In this document: piece after piece, positions 35,612-49,310 of the stretch | Position numbering within the stretch: position 1 is the stretch's first letter | Layout of the letters: each line of letters starts with the position of its first letter | NCBI GenBank assembly: GCA_023920165.1 | Contig: CP089279.1 | Coordinates: 558,001-622,000 of the forward strand | DNA from: Curvularia clavata | Taxonomy: Eukaryota | Direction: 5' to 3' | Length of the DNA stretch: 64,000 nucleotides | Made by a program: the position numbers and the translations under genes | The notes under the pieces: generated by a model | The model's input: the letters and a program-made list of their open reading frames with translations, nothing else | What the model was told of the DNA's origin: nothing | Database searches by the model: none

Positions 35612-37455
35612 ATGGCGAGCCCAGAGGTATCCGTGGAGTATGCTGATGTCTTGGTGGTAGGTGGTGGTCCAGTCGGTATATACGCACCTCTATACTTTTG
35701 CCTTCTCACCCCTGATATCTCCAAATAGGTCTTGTTACGGCATACCAACTTGCACGTAATCTCAGCCACTCAAACCACTGCATCAGAATCATTGAACAGC
35801 ATGCCAAGTCCTCGCAAGATCAATATGGCCGAGCTATTACTCTCTTTCCTCGCAGCTCAGAAATGCTTGACCAGCTTGGCCTCGCAGACTCTCTTGCTCA
35901 CCAAGCCTTTGCCTGCCGTGAAACCGTCAACTTTGACAGCCATGGCAATGAAGTCGAGGGCAGGGGCTGGGCGTTTATGCAAAACATGAAGGACACGCAA
36001 TGGGATTTTGCGTTGGTCCTCAGGCAAAAGTACCAGGAGGATGTATTCCGAAAAGCGATGAAGAAAGAAGGAGTGGAGATCCAAGCACCCTATGCGCTGA
36101 CGGATATCCAAGTATTGCAAGATGTTAAGCCAGGGGATTATCGGATCCTGGCTACTATCGAACATGGAGAAACACGGGTCAAGAGCATAGTCAAATGTCG
36201 GTATCTCGTTGGTGCGGACGGAGGGAAATCGTTTGTTCGTCGCGCGATGAAGATACCGTTTGATGGCTCATCTACTGAAGACAAATGGGTCCGTATTGAC
36301 GGCGTAGTCGAGACGAATCACCCAAAGCCGCGATCCTACTGTGCTATCGAAAGTCCTACACACGGTAACGTCCTTTGGGCGGCCTTGGATCGCGGCGCTA
36401 CTCGTATCGGCTTCGCATTCACCAGCGAGCGGCAAAAAGCATACAAGGAATTCAACGAAGAAGCTGCTGTACAAGAAGCCATTGCATCCGTGCAACCTTT
36501 TAGCCTCAAATTCAAGCAAGTGGACTGGTGGACTATCTACATTGTTGGCCAGCGAATCGCTCGCTCGTTCTTCGTCGACGACTGTATCTTCCTAGCTGGC
36601 GACGCATGTCACACACACAGCAGTGGAGCAGCCCAAGGCATGAATACCGGAATCCACGACGCTGTTAATTTGGGCTGGAAATTGTCTCTTGTAATTCAGG
36701 GTCTCGCCAGCCCAGCTCTTTTACACTCGTATGAGGCGGAGAGATTACCAAACGTACGCCGTTTGATCGACTATGACAAAGCCATTTCCCGCCTTATGAC
36801 AATGCAGCTCCCTGAGAACTGGACCGGAGATCCAAAAGCAGATCCGAATGAGGTTCTAGGCAAGGTCATGGCTGAAGCAGCGCCGTTTAGTAGTGGTCTG
36901 GGCATCTACTACGAACAAGACGGGTATCTGAACGTCTCTGCTCCTCAGACTGAGCATATTTCAAGTACAGTACAACCTGGCCATCGCGCTCCAGACATCA
37001 CACTGCACAAACCGGGAACGTTTGAATCTACAAGGCTGCAAACTCAGACTCCGAATGTGGCTTCCTTTTACATTCTGGTTTTCACGGGCGATGTGGAGAG
37101 AACTCGGCCCCATCTTGCTTCTTTTACAGAAGCTGTGTCGAGTTTGGCTTGGCTGCATGGAGATAAAGCACCGATATTGTGGATGACTGTTATCCCGAGA
37201 CTGGGCGCAGCGTCGGCATATGAAGTGTTGGGGAATAGGATGCCGTTTGGACGTGTGTTTTACGACAGGGATCACAGTGCGCATGCAAGGTATGGGGTTG
37301 ATAGGGAGATGGGTGCTGTGTTTGTGCTAAGGCCGGATGGGTGGGTGGGCACTGTGTTAGCACTGGATGCGCTTGCTGGGGAGATGTTGGAGAGATATTT
37401 TGGGGGGTTCTTGGTGGATGTGGGTGTGGGTGGAGAGGGTAGGGCGAGGTTATAG
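35612..37455 (+). CDS. FAD-dependent monooxygenase (phenol hydroxylase-like) with C-terminal PTS1 ARL; exons 35612-35675, 35729-37455
   Basis: VLVVGGGPVGL, YLVGADGGKS, FLAGDACHTHSSGAAQGMNTGIHDAVNLGWKL and VLRPDGWVG; ends GRARL. Confidence 0.92.
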
Positions 37456-37895
37456 GCATGAAGGGAATAGGTTACAATTTGCATGCAAAAGATATATAGT
37501 ATGCGGCGACTTGTTCTTAGAAATGGTATTCCTAAGAAGATTTACCCTTGTCACTTTATAATGAAAGGCAGAGACGGGATGCGATACACACAAGTTCGTC
37601 TTCTATCACAGAGGGCATAAACGGTAGTCTGATGCTCGCTGTATTCGTTCAATCTAATTAATAACCATTTTCCCATCAGGCAGATACATGCTATTGCAAT
37701 CTAGCAAGTCTAAATAAAAAGCCAACATGTGGGGTAGAGGAGATCTAGGGGCGCATCACGTCGCTAATCTGCCAAGTCTGCACGCAGGATGACGTACCCC
37801 GCGTCTTGTCCGCGCCTCCGCGTCAGTCCTCATCGTCGACCAACAATGGGTTCGCTCCAAGTTTCTAGCCCTGGCACTTTACACTTTGCACAGCC

Positions 37896-40058
37896 ATGTC
37901 CACACCCAAACCCCTGACACCCGCGCAAACACATGCCCTCTTCGACATTCTGATCCACCACCAGGTCTACGCCGAGATTGAAGCCTTCAAGTACCCCGCT
38001 ACTATCGATCAATATGGCTACCCATTTCGCAAAGCCGACGGCGTGCAGTCGACGAGCCCGTTGCTGCAGAACATGCTTAACAAGTTTGCACTGTGCAACC
38101 CGGCCATCAGGAACTTTGGAGAAGCATGGTGGTCCGAAAAGATCCAGACGCTGGTCGCAAGGATGGCCGAAGCCGAACTGAGTGAGAGTTACGACAAGGG
38201 CGCTATTGGTAGTAGAAAAGCGCTCGCAACTGCAGCAAGCAGTATTGCCGAATACGTTGCGAGGGGCATGTTGGGTGGGTATTCGCGTGCGAGAACGAAC
38301 GAGGGCAAGAAAGAGTACGACACCAGCAAGCCCGAGGACGTCATCCAGGGCTTTGAAGAGCTCGTGCATGAATCAATATATGGCAACGCTCTCGACGACT
38401 TGTGTGAAAAGGTCAAGGCAACTCCAAGACTTGAGGACCATTCCAGTAGCCTACAGGCAGCGCATGAGTATATGTTACTCAAGTGAGTGCTCCATACAAC
38501 GTTCATGAATGTGACTGACAGCAACAGTGCTGCCTCTTTCCTCCATCACGTCTTCGTCATGTCGCCCGATGGCCAGTACCTCGTCCGCCTCCTCGAGAAC
38601 CTACACCGTCTCATACCATACACTGTCATCAAGCAAACACTCCGCGTGGGTAATGCTGCTACAATGATAAACGGGATGGTCAGGCTAGTCCTAGCCAAGC
38701 TGTCTGTCACAGCTATGACAAACTGGATAGGTCTCACAAATAACACCAACGATGGTATGAACCTCCTACAGCAAATCATCTCGACAGTGCTAGCCTGGGA
38801 CACGTCCGAGTTCCAAAAGCGCGCATCGAAGCTCGAGACATCACGCAATGCGCCGGACAAGAAGGTCTTCAAGGCCATCAAAACCTTTGTCTACGCCTCG
38901 CGAGAGAAGCACGAAGCGGCACGAAGCCAGTCCATCTCAGAATCAAAGTCCATTGTAGCTGTCATCCTTGAGACCGCTGACCCACCGTACAAGATCGATG
39001 CTGAATCACTTAATGAACACCAACATAGTGTGGCCATGGAGTACCTCAGTACCTATCTTTCCATCCGAGACCGCGAGGAACTAACCAAAGTACTTTGCAA
39101 ATCCAACCCTGACGTCCTGACTTCCACAATCCGAGACGCTGTCGCAGCCATGGATCCTGTCATCCGGGCCATCCATAATGCTGTCGACCTGTCAGGTACT
39201 GTCACAGACGCTGAGGCTTTCATCACGGATCTGATCAAGACGGCAAAACCCAAGAAGAAGGGTGGCTACCGAAGCCGGGACGCTTCCAAGTCGCGGCCAA
39301 GCTCACCAGATCCAGCCAGCATCATGGACCAAGAAGCAAGTGATGCTCCTACGGTGGAAGAATTCGTCCAGCTACTAAAGAAACATGCGCCTTCAATGCA
39401 CAAGTTCCTACACCAGGTGACCAAGAACGCACCAGATCTCGCAGACGACTATCTAGTCTATGCTAAGCGCATATTCTCCGAATTCCGAGTTGACCAGCGT
39501 GCACTAGAAGCAGAAGAGCGAGGCGAGGGCGGTGCAGGAAATATGACGGCACCACTACATTCTATATTCGAGACCCTGAGCAAAGAGAAGCAAGAAGAAC
39601 TAAAAGAACTTCTCGACAAGCACGAAAAGCACCTCAAACATCTCAAATCAACATCACAATCACGACTAGAATCTATCATGCGACCAACACCGTCATCATC
39701 TCAAAATAACAACGGCACAACCCACGGCCCCGGCATGTACCTCGCCCGCTGGAACGCGCTTCTTGACAGCACGCTCATATCCCCTGCTACCATCCACGGA
39801 CCCGTCCGCAGAGGCTGGGAAGTCAAGGGTGAACTCGACGGCAAGGGTCTCAAAACTAACACGACGCTCCTGAGCGACAGGCCGAGCAAACGTGACCGTG
39901 TCAGCGCCATGATGGCGGATGGCACGGGCGATCGCATCGAGCGCAAAGAAAGGAAGCGTGATGGGCTTGAGGAAGAGAGCATGGAGGTTGTTTGGGAGAG
40001 CTTACGAGATGGTTGGGTAGGCGTTTGTAGGGGCTTGGAGATCATGGGGCCGGATTAG
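37896..40058 (+). CDS. PX-associated (PXB) / DUF3818 domain protein; exons 37896-38482, 38528-40058
   Basis: LTPAQTHALFDILIHHQVYAEIEAFKYP..YGYPF and HRLIPYTVIKQTLRVGNAATMINGMVRLVL...MNLLQQIIS. A 45-nt intron joins the two long ORFs in frame. Confidence 0.8.
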
Positions 40059-41083
40059 ATTTCTTTTCTGGAAATGCATAGAGCATCTTGGAAGGCGCTT
40101 ATGTGAAGAACGAATGTTGTAATGCATACACGAGGGAAATGTGGAGTGCATAATCTAGCCTTTTCCTCTCTTCTTTTTCTTTTTCCTTGCCTTGCTTCCG
40201 GACGCTTTCCGTTTTTTCTTCCTCCGTGTTGATATCAGACTCGGAGTCCACACGCTCCCGTCACCTGGGTGCTCGGAACCTCGGAATGCGAGTGTATCCG
40301 GGACCCGAGCGAGAGTGAGACATGACGGAGAGAAAACCGTGGGGCACAATTGAGTTTCTAGTTGATCATCCACTTTTAGTTCATGTGGGGTTGTTTCGAG
40401 GATCTTTTTCTGGGTTTTTCTTGATCATGAGTGGTCTTGGCGTTTAGACTTGTGTGGTGAGAGCGGGACGGACGGGCGGCCGGATAGGACGGACGAAAGT
40501 TATTCGTGCATATGCGAAGGAGATCTGGACTCCGGGGTCTAGGGTCAGGATTTTCTTTGCTGTAGTGAAGAAAATTGAGTCAGAAGAACGATATTTTGCT
40601 TGAGGGTGCTGGATTAAGCAGTGGAGACTAGTGCTGATGATGAGATTCCGTCCGTTCTAAGCTGTAGATGGTCAAGTGCTGAGATACAGGGTACTTACGA
40701 TAAAGGGGGTTAGATACTAGCAATACAGAGAAAATAAAAGAAACAACAGCGTCTAGCGTACAGAAATTAATGATATTTCGTATAGAAAAAAGTGGCATCT
40801 CGTACAGACATAAGTGGTATCTCGTAGAGATGTGTGAAAACGCCTGCCTGCAACTCGCACCTCGCTTGCATCCAAACAATAACATTTCAAATCACAATTT
40901 CCGCTCCCTTCTTCTCTCTAGGTTTTTGATTTTCGAAAACCCCAAATAATGACACGAGAAAATCATCAGACGCCGAAAGACAACAAGTATAAGAAATTCG
41001 TCCGTGATCAGCGCACCCCCAGCGCACGACTCCAAATAATACATACAACTTGGCACGTGAAATACCATGTCACAACCTGACAA

Positions 41084-42973
41084 TCATGACATGACGATCT
41101 TGTCCCATCCCTCAAGATCCGGGATCCGAAAGTCCCCCTGCTCGTCGTCACCCCATGCTACGACATCCACGCTCAGCGTCCAGGCTACGAGCACCATGCG
41201 CGCCACAAACGCGATAGTCGGGACGTCTAGTGGCAATTCGGATTTTAGTACGCGTTCCAGTTGCTTGGCTAGAGTCTGTTCGCTGTCTTCGTTGGATGAA
41301 ATTTGGCTTGCGTCTGAAGGGCTGGTGTTATTGGATAGAAGACTGGAGCGGTTGGAGCGGCTGGCTGGACTGTGAGGGGGGGACATAGAGCGGCGGAGTG
41401 GTTGTGGTGCGGAGCGGCGACGAAGAGTTATTGACGCTGCGCTTGCTGGGTTTGAGCGGGGAGTGTGTGCCGAGACGGTACGGTTGTACGAGCGTTGGAC
41501 CTCGAGTTTTGTGGCTTCTTCTACTGCTTTTAGCACGGTGTGCGGTTTCATGTCCGGGACGAGGGCCATTAAGCGTTCTAATAGTGTAATGTAACGGGAC
41601 ATGCGGGCTGTCTTGTCAGCACGGGTGTCTGGTGTCGGTGGGTCGCTGGCGAGCTTGCTAAGACGAACGCGCTCGCGGTACAGTGCTCTTCCGTTTCGTG
41701 GCTCGTATAGTGGACCAAAAATGTCTAGTTGGGGTGAGTGTCGGTGTACTTTGTCGACAAGACCTTCGAGGCGTTGGAGGAGCTTTCCTGGGGGCAAGTC
41801 GCCTGATGCAATGAACTGAACAGTTTGGATGAGTGGTCTTGAAGCAAGAGGTGCAAGACCACCAGAGAATGGCAGAGCGGCAATGGCGTCCAACAACGTT
41901 GTGGATGTATGTGTTTCGGCTGATGTGACGAGGTCATAGAATCTGAGCTCGCGTGAGTTGGGTAGGGAGTCGAGAAGCTTGGACTGAGATCTTGGTGCAG
42001 AGGACGGTTGTGTATCAAGAGATACCCCTGACTGCAAAGCATTGAATGTATCTTTGTTTATGAGGATACTATGAATGCCGTGGTTATCTTGGGAAAAGGG
42101 CAAAGAGCCGACTGCAAGGTGCTTCGCGAAGAGTGGCGAGACTCCTGATCCACGGGCATGCTGTTGTGATCTACTGCGCTTGTTTTGTGTGAGTTTAATG
42201 TGGTATTTGGATCCGTTCGTCTGCATAGCGGCAACTGAGATGTTATAAGCGCCAGTGTCCGAAGACGACTTGCAGTCCACGTTCTGACTCAGTTCGCTCC
42301 CAAGAACTATTAAGAGAGCTACAAGCTCTGATCTTGTGAGGGTTATTCTTGTCTTGGATTCTTGATGAATTCCCTTCTGTCCTTCTCTTGTCCATGACTT
42401 TTGTGCGACGTGATGATTGCTCTCGTCTCGAAGTCCATTACGCATCGAAAGCAGAGGCGACGCCAACCTTCTTACAACAAGACTCCTAGATCGACCAATC
42501 TCCGGAACTGACGGGTCCATGCTCTTCCTTCGTGACTTCAAGTTGGTTTCTGGACGCATAGGCTGCGATGTCGACTTTGATCGGTTGAGCCCCCCTGCAG
42601 GTTTCCTCATTCGAGCAACAAACTTAGTCATGTCTCCGGCGTAGGAATATCTCTCAGCGACGGGGTGAGTGTAGATTTCGCTGGCGAATTTTCGATAAAG
42701 ATCATCCAGTGACACTTCTCCATCCTCTCCTTTGAGGGCTGAAAACAGTGCACAAGAAATTAGACCTTCATCCCCAGCTTTAATAACAGCCGAGATGTTT
42801 GGAACCCATAAATTAGCGACTGCATCCTGTTTTGGACCAAGGAAGCGCTTGAGAGAGTTGGGAGCCTGCATGACTTGAGGTTGCTGCTCAAATTCTTCGT
42901 CCGGGACGAGCTTGTGTGGGCTCACGGCAATTTTAGGTGACTTGGGTAGTAGGAAACGAGTAACGATAGCCAT
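41084..42973 (-). CDS. Fungal hypothetical protein, 629 aa, intronless
   Basis: Long ATG-initiated ORF with mixed globular and low-complexity segments. No family recognised. Confidence 0.75.
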   Translation of the reverse strand: MAIVTRFLLPKSPKIAVSPHKLVPDEEFEQQPQVMQAPNSLKRFLGPKQDAVANLWVPNISAVIKAGDEGLISCALFSALKGEDGEVSLDDLYRKFASEIYTHPVAERYSYAGDMTKFVARMRKPAGGLNRSKSTSQPMRPETNLKSRRKSMDPSVPEIGRSRSLVVRRLASPLLSMRNGLRDESNHHVAQKSWTREGQKGIHQESKTRITLTRSELVALLIVLGSELSQNVDCKSSSDTGAYNISVAAMQTNGSKYHIKLTQNKRSRSQQHARGSGVSPLFAKHLAVGSLPFSQDNHGIHSILINKDTFNALQSGVSLDTQPSSAPRSQSKLLDSLPNSRELRFYDLVTSAETHTSTTLLDAIAALPFSGGLAPLASRPLIQTVQFIASGDLPPGKLLQRLEGLVDKVHRHSPQLDIFGPLYEPRNGRALYRERVRLSKLASDPPTPDTRADKTARMSRYITLLERLMALVPDMKPHTVLKAVEEATKLEVQRSYNRTVSAHTPRSNPASAASITLRRRSAPQPLRRSMSPPHSPASRSNRSSLLSNNTSPSDASQISSNEDSEQTLAKQLERVLKSELPLDVPTIAFVARMVLVAWTLSVDVVAWGDDEQGDFRIPDLEGWDKIVMS

Positions 42974-44172
42974 GGCAGCAGCAAAACACTAAACCAAGAC
43001 GACAACAGTTATGATGATATTCCTCGTTTGCGTTTTTTTATATGCGGGCACCAATGTTTTATACTAAGGACCCTTGGTGAGTTGATAGGTCGTTAGACCC
43101 TGGCTGACGCCACGGGACATAGCGTGTGAGCCAATCGGAAGCCTGGGAAGCGGCAAGCAGCCACAGGTCATCATCTCGGACAAGCAGGAAAAGGCTTCGG
43201 ACATAACAGATAATCGGCCTTCTTGTGGTTCGCTCGGTTTGTCAGAGTTGAAGACCTTGTGAGGTCACTAGCTCCTCGCCCTCGCGCTGACAGATTCGAA
43301 TCATTTACGGCAATTACTTGCTGTTCTCTCACTCACATGCATATATGTGCGTCAATCAATGGGTACATGTCAGCATTTCTCTAAAATCTCTCAAAACTTA
43401 GCTCAACGTCACTGTAAGCAGAAATTCCGACCGCACTGTCGTTGGTGCCACTACATCCTACGCCACATTGGTCGTTTAAAAAATAGTCGCGATTCTATAA
43501 CTGCAGAATTGACTGCCCTATGGCATGCCTGTCGTGATCAGCGGAGCAACGGATGAAACGGACCAAAGAAGCTTCCCACACACACTCCCGGGCCCATGTA
43601 CGCATGGGTCCGTTAGAGGCGGTCAGTAGAAGCAAAGAGAGTACCGCTGTCAAGTGACCAGCCAAGAGTGATGGTTGAACATGTGCCCCTCGCGTAAATG
43701 ATACTGAACCAGCGTGGCCCGCCAGGCGCGGCGGATGGTGCCTAGCCGAAACACCGTGTGTAGCTTCCAATAAGCAAAGCTCGAATGTGAGCTGTCATCC
43801 GAGTATGTCCGCACATCCCGTTGGCCGAAATCATGGGAGGGCGCGGGAAGGACAGTGAGTGCTCGTGCATCATGGGGTGTTGACTGTACAATTCCATGGG
43901 GCACTAGACAATCACTCAGCAAGTGCCATAGTCGATGTGGCTGACGTATTCCTTCTCGACAATTGTGATTCATGAGTGCCGAGCGTACGGGCTGACTTTG
44001 TGTCCAATTTAAAGTGATCAAGCCTTTGCGACGTCAACGGCACGCCTTGGCGAGAGCTGGGCGTCGTCACTACCTATGCTCGTGCAGACCATTATCCTCG
44101 TACTTTTCTGGAATTGAACACCCTCAGCCCGCGTATGGAAATGCAGGTGTCTTTTCCTCTTTCCATGTTGGG

Positions 44173-46217
44173 CTAGTGACCATCGATATCATCGCGCCTA
44201 CCGACCAGTTCTTGTATCTTGAGAAGTTTCTCCTGTGCCGCCAAGAGGGGTCTTGCGTGATCGAACATCAGCTTGATCATCGTTCGCGAAGAATAGACCA
44301 CAAGACAGCGTTGCACCCATTTGGCGTAAATGGCGTCTCTGGACTGCTGCTGGAGTTCATGAAGAGTTGGAGGCAAGCGAGCTGCAGCAGCACCAACGGT
44401 GCTCACCCAGTAAAAAACACCGGACATCTTGTTCCACATGTCTCCAACATTAGTGCGCTGCAGTGCCTTGAACAACGCTTCGCTCAGGTGGGTGTTGAGC
44501 AAGCTAAACTCGGGCCCGACACAGTTGAAGGCCTCCGATTCCGCCACGAGCGGATTTCGGCATGGATTAGCAGCGGTAGAAAACGGTAGGCGCAATATCA
44601 CCGATGCGGCATATATCAATGCGGTGATGCGACACGCTTCGTACACCCAGTCGTTCGAAGTCGGGAGGCCTGGGATATGCGCTGCAGGGAGCCTGGTCAA
44701 GCACTTCCGTATAGCCGCGACTCGACTGTTGTACTCAACATCTCGCTTGTGGATATGGGCTGTATCCAGCTCATGATTATCCCGAAGAATCTCAAATGCC
44801 GCTTGATGTGAAATGGAGAGATCGGTCAAGTCCCGCATACCCTTGAGTAGATTGCATGTGTCAGTGGAACAGTGCAAGTCCGCTGAGACAGTGGTGAAGT
44901 CTGCTCTTGAGCAAAACAGAGGTGACTCGGGTATTGGAATGTCGCAATCAATCGATGGGACCTCAGCTAGTGTATATGCAGCAAGGGCCGGTAAAGGCTC
45001 GTTTTCAAAAATCAAGCTCCCATGATAGCAGCACCTAATATGCGGGGTCAGCACAATATTGAACCGTTCCAATGGCTGGCTCACACGGCACACGCTTCTG
45101 CTAGTAGCTCGTTTCCCAAACAACGTATCCCACCACGATGTAGAATCAATTTAGCGATGCCACGCTCGTGTACGCGAATTGCGGCCTCGTTCGAAGCTAA
45201 TACCTCACCCACAAACAAGTGAAGTACGACCATAATAGTCGCATCCGATGATTGTGTATTTGAATGCTGCAATCGCTCATTGATCATGCCAATGATTTCA
45301 TCCTTGAGCAGGTAGGTCTGTTTGCTATCAACCGGTTTGCTCGAAAGTGTGTCCAACCAGACCGAAGCTATAATCGATGAACTGAGGAGAAGATGTGGGT
45401 GAGATAGCAACATGGGAAGCCACTTGACGTAGAACGAATCACTTGCGAACACCCGGATGCCTAGTTAATCAAGCGTGAACAACAAAGACGGGATCAATAG
45501 GGACATGGGTACCTACAATGCCGCTTAAGGCCGAGCGAGTTGATCTCAGGGCTTTTGAAATTAGGCAGCACAAGAAAAGGATCTACTCCATCTCCAATGT
45601 GGGATAATGTAGGCATTGTGGTCATGATAAAGCGCAGAATCTGCTCTTCCTGACTCCGTGTGTAACTAGATCCTTTTGAATCGGCATCTTGTCTGGTTAA
45701 TTCTGTTGGTAGAGTGCACGTAGCAGCAAAAAGACGTCGCTGGGTCTGGGGTGTTCGCTCGAATGTGGCGCCTTCATGGACCACCCAGCCCGTCCTTAGC
45801 GCCGTCTCATTCCCGTGTCGCTGCTGCTCCAAGTGCTGTCCCAGTTCGTCTGGCGCATTTATGTGGCTTCGCCCCTCGTACGAGATTCGTTCTACTAGGA
45901 TGGAGGTTGTCGGGCCTTTTCTTGTGGCTGGTGCATCATATCCCTCCTTCCTCGGCCTATTACGGTGGTAAGCCATTGCATGAGAACGCACGCTGCGTCT
46001 GGTATCCTCGTTCTTGAAGTGGGAGGGGTCAGTTGCAGTGAGAAACTGCAATTGTAATGGTCCATTATGTCTCCTTCGTCGACGTGATATCCGTTTCTTT
46101 ACTTGGTTCTCTCGGGACAAGGGGTGGTCTGGACACGGAAGTCAGTGCCTGGGAACATTCACAAGGCTGCTGTTACGTACCGGTAGTTACATCGGACCAG
46201 CTTGATGTCGAAGCCAT
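44173..46217 (-). CDS. Fungal transcription-factor-like protein (Fungal_trans_2-type, no Zn cluster seen); exons 46217-46181, 46128-45517, 45460-45085, 45034-44173
   Basis: LQFLTATDPSHFKNEDTRRSVRSHAM, GDGVDPFLVLP, KDEIIGMINERL..SSDATIMVV, HERGIAKLILHRGGIRCLG and VYEACRITALIY. Three GT-AG introns join the ORFs in frame. Confidence 0.78.
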
Positions 46218-47049
46218 GGCGTGCAACTGACAGCTTCACGTAGTGGCAGAAATCAAGGGGCGTGTCCCTTCTATCGTCCGTGATCTGGGGATAGACGATG
46301 ACTTCTCGCTAGCTTGGAGCGCATGATTGCATACCGCGCCTGTCCAAGGCTGCCTTATTGGACAAATCAGAAGTTTGCTGGCTGGTTTTGGTATAGTTAG
46401 GGCCTATCCAGATCCGTTTCCTGAGGCTGTCTCACATCAGCATTTGGGGGCCAAATGCCGTGTTTGTCGACGGTCTGCATGACGTTGATCGGGCAGCAAG
46501 ACGACAGCCCCGAAGCCTCGAAGATATCATCTTTCCCATGCTGAATCCCTGGAGTCAGTTCTTTTCTGTTCGTGTAGTTGGCCATCAGCGAAGAATGGCA
46601 CGCAGATGCGCGAAGCGGTAACGGAATCACGTGCGGTAGACGTCGTACTGGTTGGTTTAGCTCCTGCTGCACGTGATTGCCGTGCCACACACATGCATGG
46701 CGAAGGATTCACGCCCCACAGTTGTCAAATTGGATATGCGCGCGACAAGTAATCTACAACCAACAACAGCTGTCGGATGCTAGGCCAGCTGAAACATGCC
46801 CGGCAGTCCAATCTTGTCTGACAAGTGCTCAGCTGGGTGCGCAGGGTACTTGAATTGCATTTGAATTTTGTTGATCATTAATATCTCACTAGCATGATAA
46901 CTGGTAGACTCCAGTATGGGTCATGCGCGGCTGTACATGTTCAGACTTATCACCTGCTTGGCATAGTAATCCTGACTTTAACAGAAACCTACTTCGCGTG
47001 GTCTCAAATACGAAACTTACGACCGTGTGGTAAATATCCCTTTCTCTTT

Positions 47050-47966
47050 ACACAACCGTAGTGCCGCATTCGTCCTCTCGGTATTGTATCCCTGAGTTTG
47101 TTTTGCTTTTATACATCTCCTTCCCCCAAGGTTCTTCTTCAATCAAGCTGAATGTCTGTCTTCCATTGCAAATACGACAGCAGCTGCTTGACCACCTGTT
47201 CGAGATACAGTCCACGGACGGGCTGATCATTCAACCTCCTCAGCGCCGCCCCAATATCTGTTTTATATACCTCCTCATAGACACAGTATCCGTTCGCCTT
47301 CATAATGTCTTTTGCTCTTTTTTATCTTGCTTCCATCTCAAACAACTTCGCGTTTTTTTTCCTCTTTGGCGCTGTCGGCTTCTTTAGCAACAAGTACGAT
47401 AACGCGGACCACCTTCTCAGGCAAGTTCTTGTAAGGAAAATGCTTTTGCTCGTCGTTTATGCGGGATTCGATCTTGGACTTGATTTAGGGATATGGGGTG
47501 TCGATAACTGCCTGCCGCATCGTGAAAAGATGAGAGATGAGATGTCGCTTGATGTACAAGTTAGCGTAGCGTGTAGTTCGCGTTAGGATTGAGGGGAGTG
47601 TCGATATGGACGTGCGATGACGCGTACAGCTGGTTGTCTTTCTTACTGCGTTTGATGCAGCTGATGAAGGAAGAGGAGACAACACAGGAGGCAGGAGCGA
47701 CTCTGAAGGGTATGCCAAGCGTGTAATAATTCTTTCGTAAGGGCTGTACTTGAATGCGTGAGGCGTGTGTGGTTTTATCGTGCCCTTGTATCCTCTACTC
47801 GATACTGTCGCCCATCTGATCTCTCGCCATGTTTACCCCATGGCGTTGGTTCCCAGTTCACTGGCGATGTCACATCACTGGTTGATAAATCAAGTCCTTT
47901 GAGCAAGTATTCGTCTTCGTTCCAGCTAAGAGTCAGAGCGTTGGGAATTCCCGGAACAGGGTCCAT
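47050..47966 (-). pseudogene. Possible decayed gene fragment
   Basis: Protein-like segments (MDPVPGIPNALTLSWNEDEYLL..., ERIITRLAYPSE..., KSKIESRINDEQKHFPYKNLPEKVVRVIV..., GLYLEQVVKQLLSYLQW) are broken by stops and frameshifts, with no clean introns. Confidence 0.3.
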
Positions 47967-48845
47967 GTCGCCTACCAGTCATAACAATCGAAACACTATG
48001 AGAGGCTTTCTTGCCGAACAGTGCCTCAATATTAGGAATTTGAGAGCGACACCAGGTAATGCGGTGCTTAGAAACTCTCAGAACCCCTGGATAGTATAGA
48101 TAAGCTATACCGTGTAGCAATAATATACGGGCCGAATAGTATAGCTAGATTGGCTGCTTGTAAAAGCTAAAATGGACAAATTCATGAAAGTGGGTTTCAA
48201 AAGCAAGCGAGCCATCGTCTTCGTGTTTGGGGGACACACTAGTTTTGGTGATTAGTGAGGGCTGATGAACGTAAACAGCAGTGCCGTGATTGAAAATCGG
48301 TGAGTGTGAAGGATTGTTACTAATCGTCCCATTTTTAGTACTGGAAATGTTATTTTGTTATTACCAAGCTCTGAATGCTGATTTCCCTTCGACAACGAGA
48401 ATATGTTGCCGCTCACTTTCACTGACTTGTTGACGTAAACATATCGTCGGGTGTACCTTGAATCCGGCAATCAATTTATTTTCAAGTGGTGATTCAGACT
48501 CTCTATCCTCGTTAGACCTTTTCTTTCAGCCCCAGACGATCCCATGAGTTATCTCATCACACAAATACATGCCCATAACCAAGGAGCAGAAGCTGTGAAT
48601 ACGCCGCGCATGAACCTGATAATACATTCTATCTCATTATGACGTACAACCAGAAGTTTGGCCATATAAACTTTTGACTTATAATGAGACGCCAAGAAAA
48701 TACCTAGCACAAAGAAGATATCTGCTGTGATACTAAGATGCGTAATAGGCTAGTCCACATTGAGGAAAGTGCTATTTGGGGTTCTTCTTTAATCGACGGC
48801 CACATAGCTTATGAACCTTACACGTCTTTGTCTAACGGTACATGA

Positions 48846-49211
48846 ATGTCTGATCTACGCAACCGTAAACTTATTCTGGATTCCGAGAAGCCGCCAGTCC
48901 CGCCTAAACCATATGCATCGAATACTACATCGACAACGCATCGTCGTCTCGCATCTGCGACATCGATTCATGGCGCTGTGTCGAAGCCACTTCCACCAGC
49001 TCCAGGCTCTCGGCCAGGGAATACAGCTAAAGCCGATTTCGCACGTAAACCACTGCCAAGACCTCCCAAGACCTCAATTCTACGAGGGACTCTGCTGTGG
49101 ATCTTGGTGTTTCTCATTTGGTTCATGCTAATCGTGGTCTTACTGCCTGTGATCACAGAAAAAGACGCAATGCCTGGGTTCAACAAATGGCTTCGAACCT
49201 GGCGAAAGTGA
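48846..49211 (+). CDS. Small proline-rich protein with one C-terminal transmembrane helix (121 aa)
   Basis: ATG ORF with KPPVPPKP, KPLPPAP and RKPLPRPP, then LLWILVFLIWFMLIVVLLPVI. Confidence 0.6.
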   Translation: MSDLRNRKLILDSEKPPVPPKPYASNTTSTTHRRLASATSIHGAVSKPLPPAPGSRPGNTAKADFARKPLPRPPKTSILRGTLLWILVFLIWFMLIVVLLPVITEKDAMPGFNKWLRTWRK

Positions 49212-49310
49212 ACTACAGAAAGCGAGGACGCATGGCTAATGAGATAACGAACGACCATCGACACACTACAATCAGACTACAGCGAAGCTTCAATTGCCCG
49301 GCCGAACACA

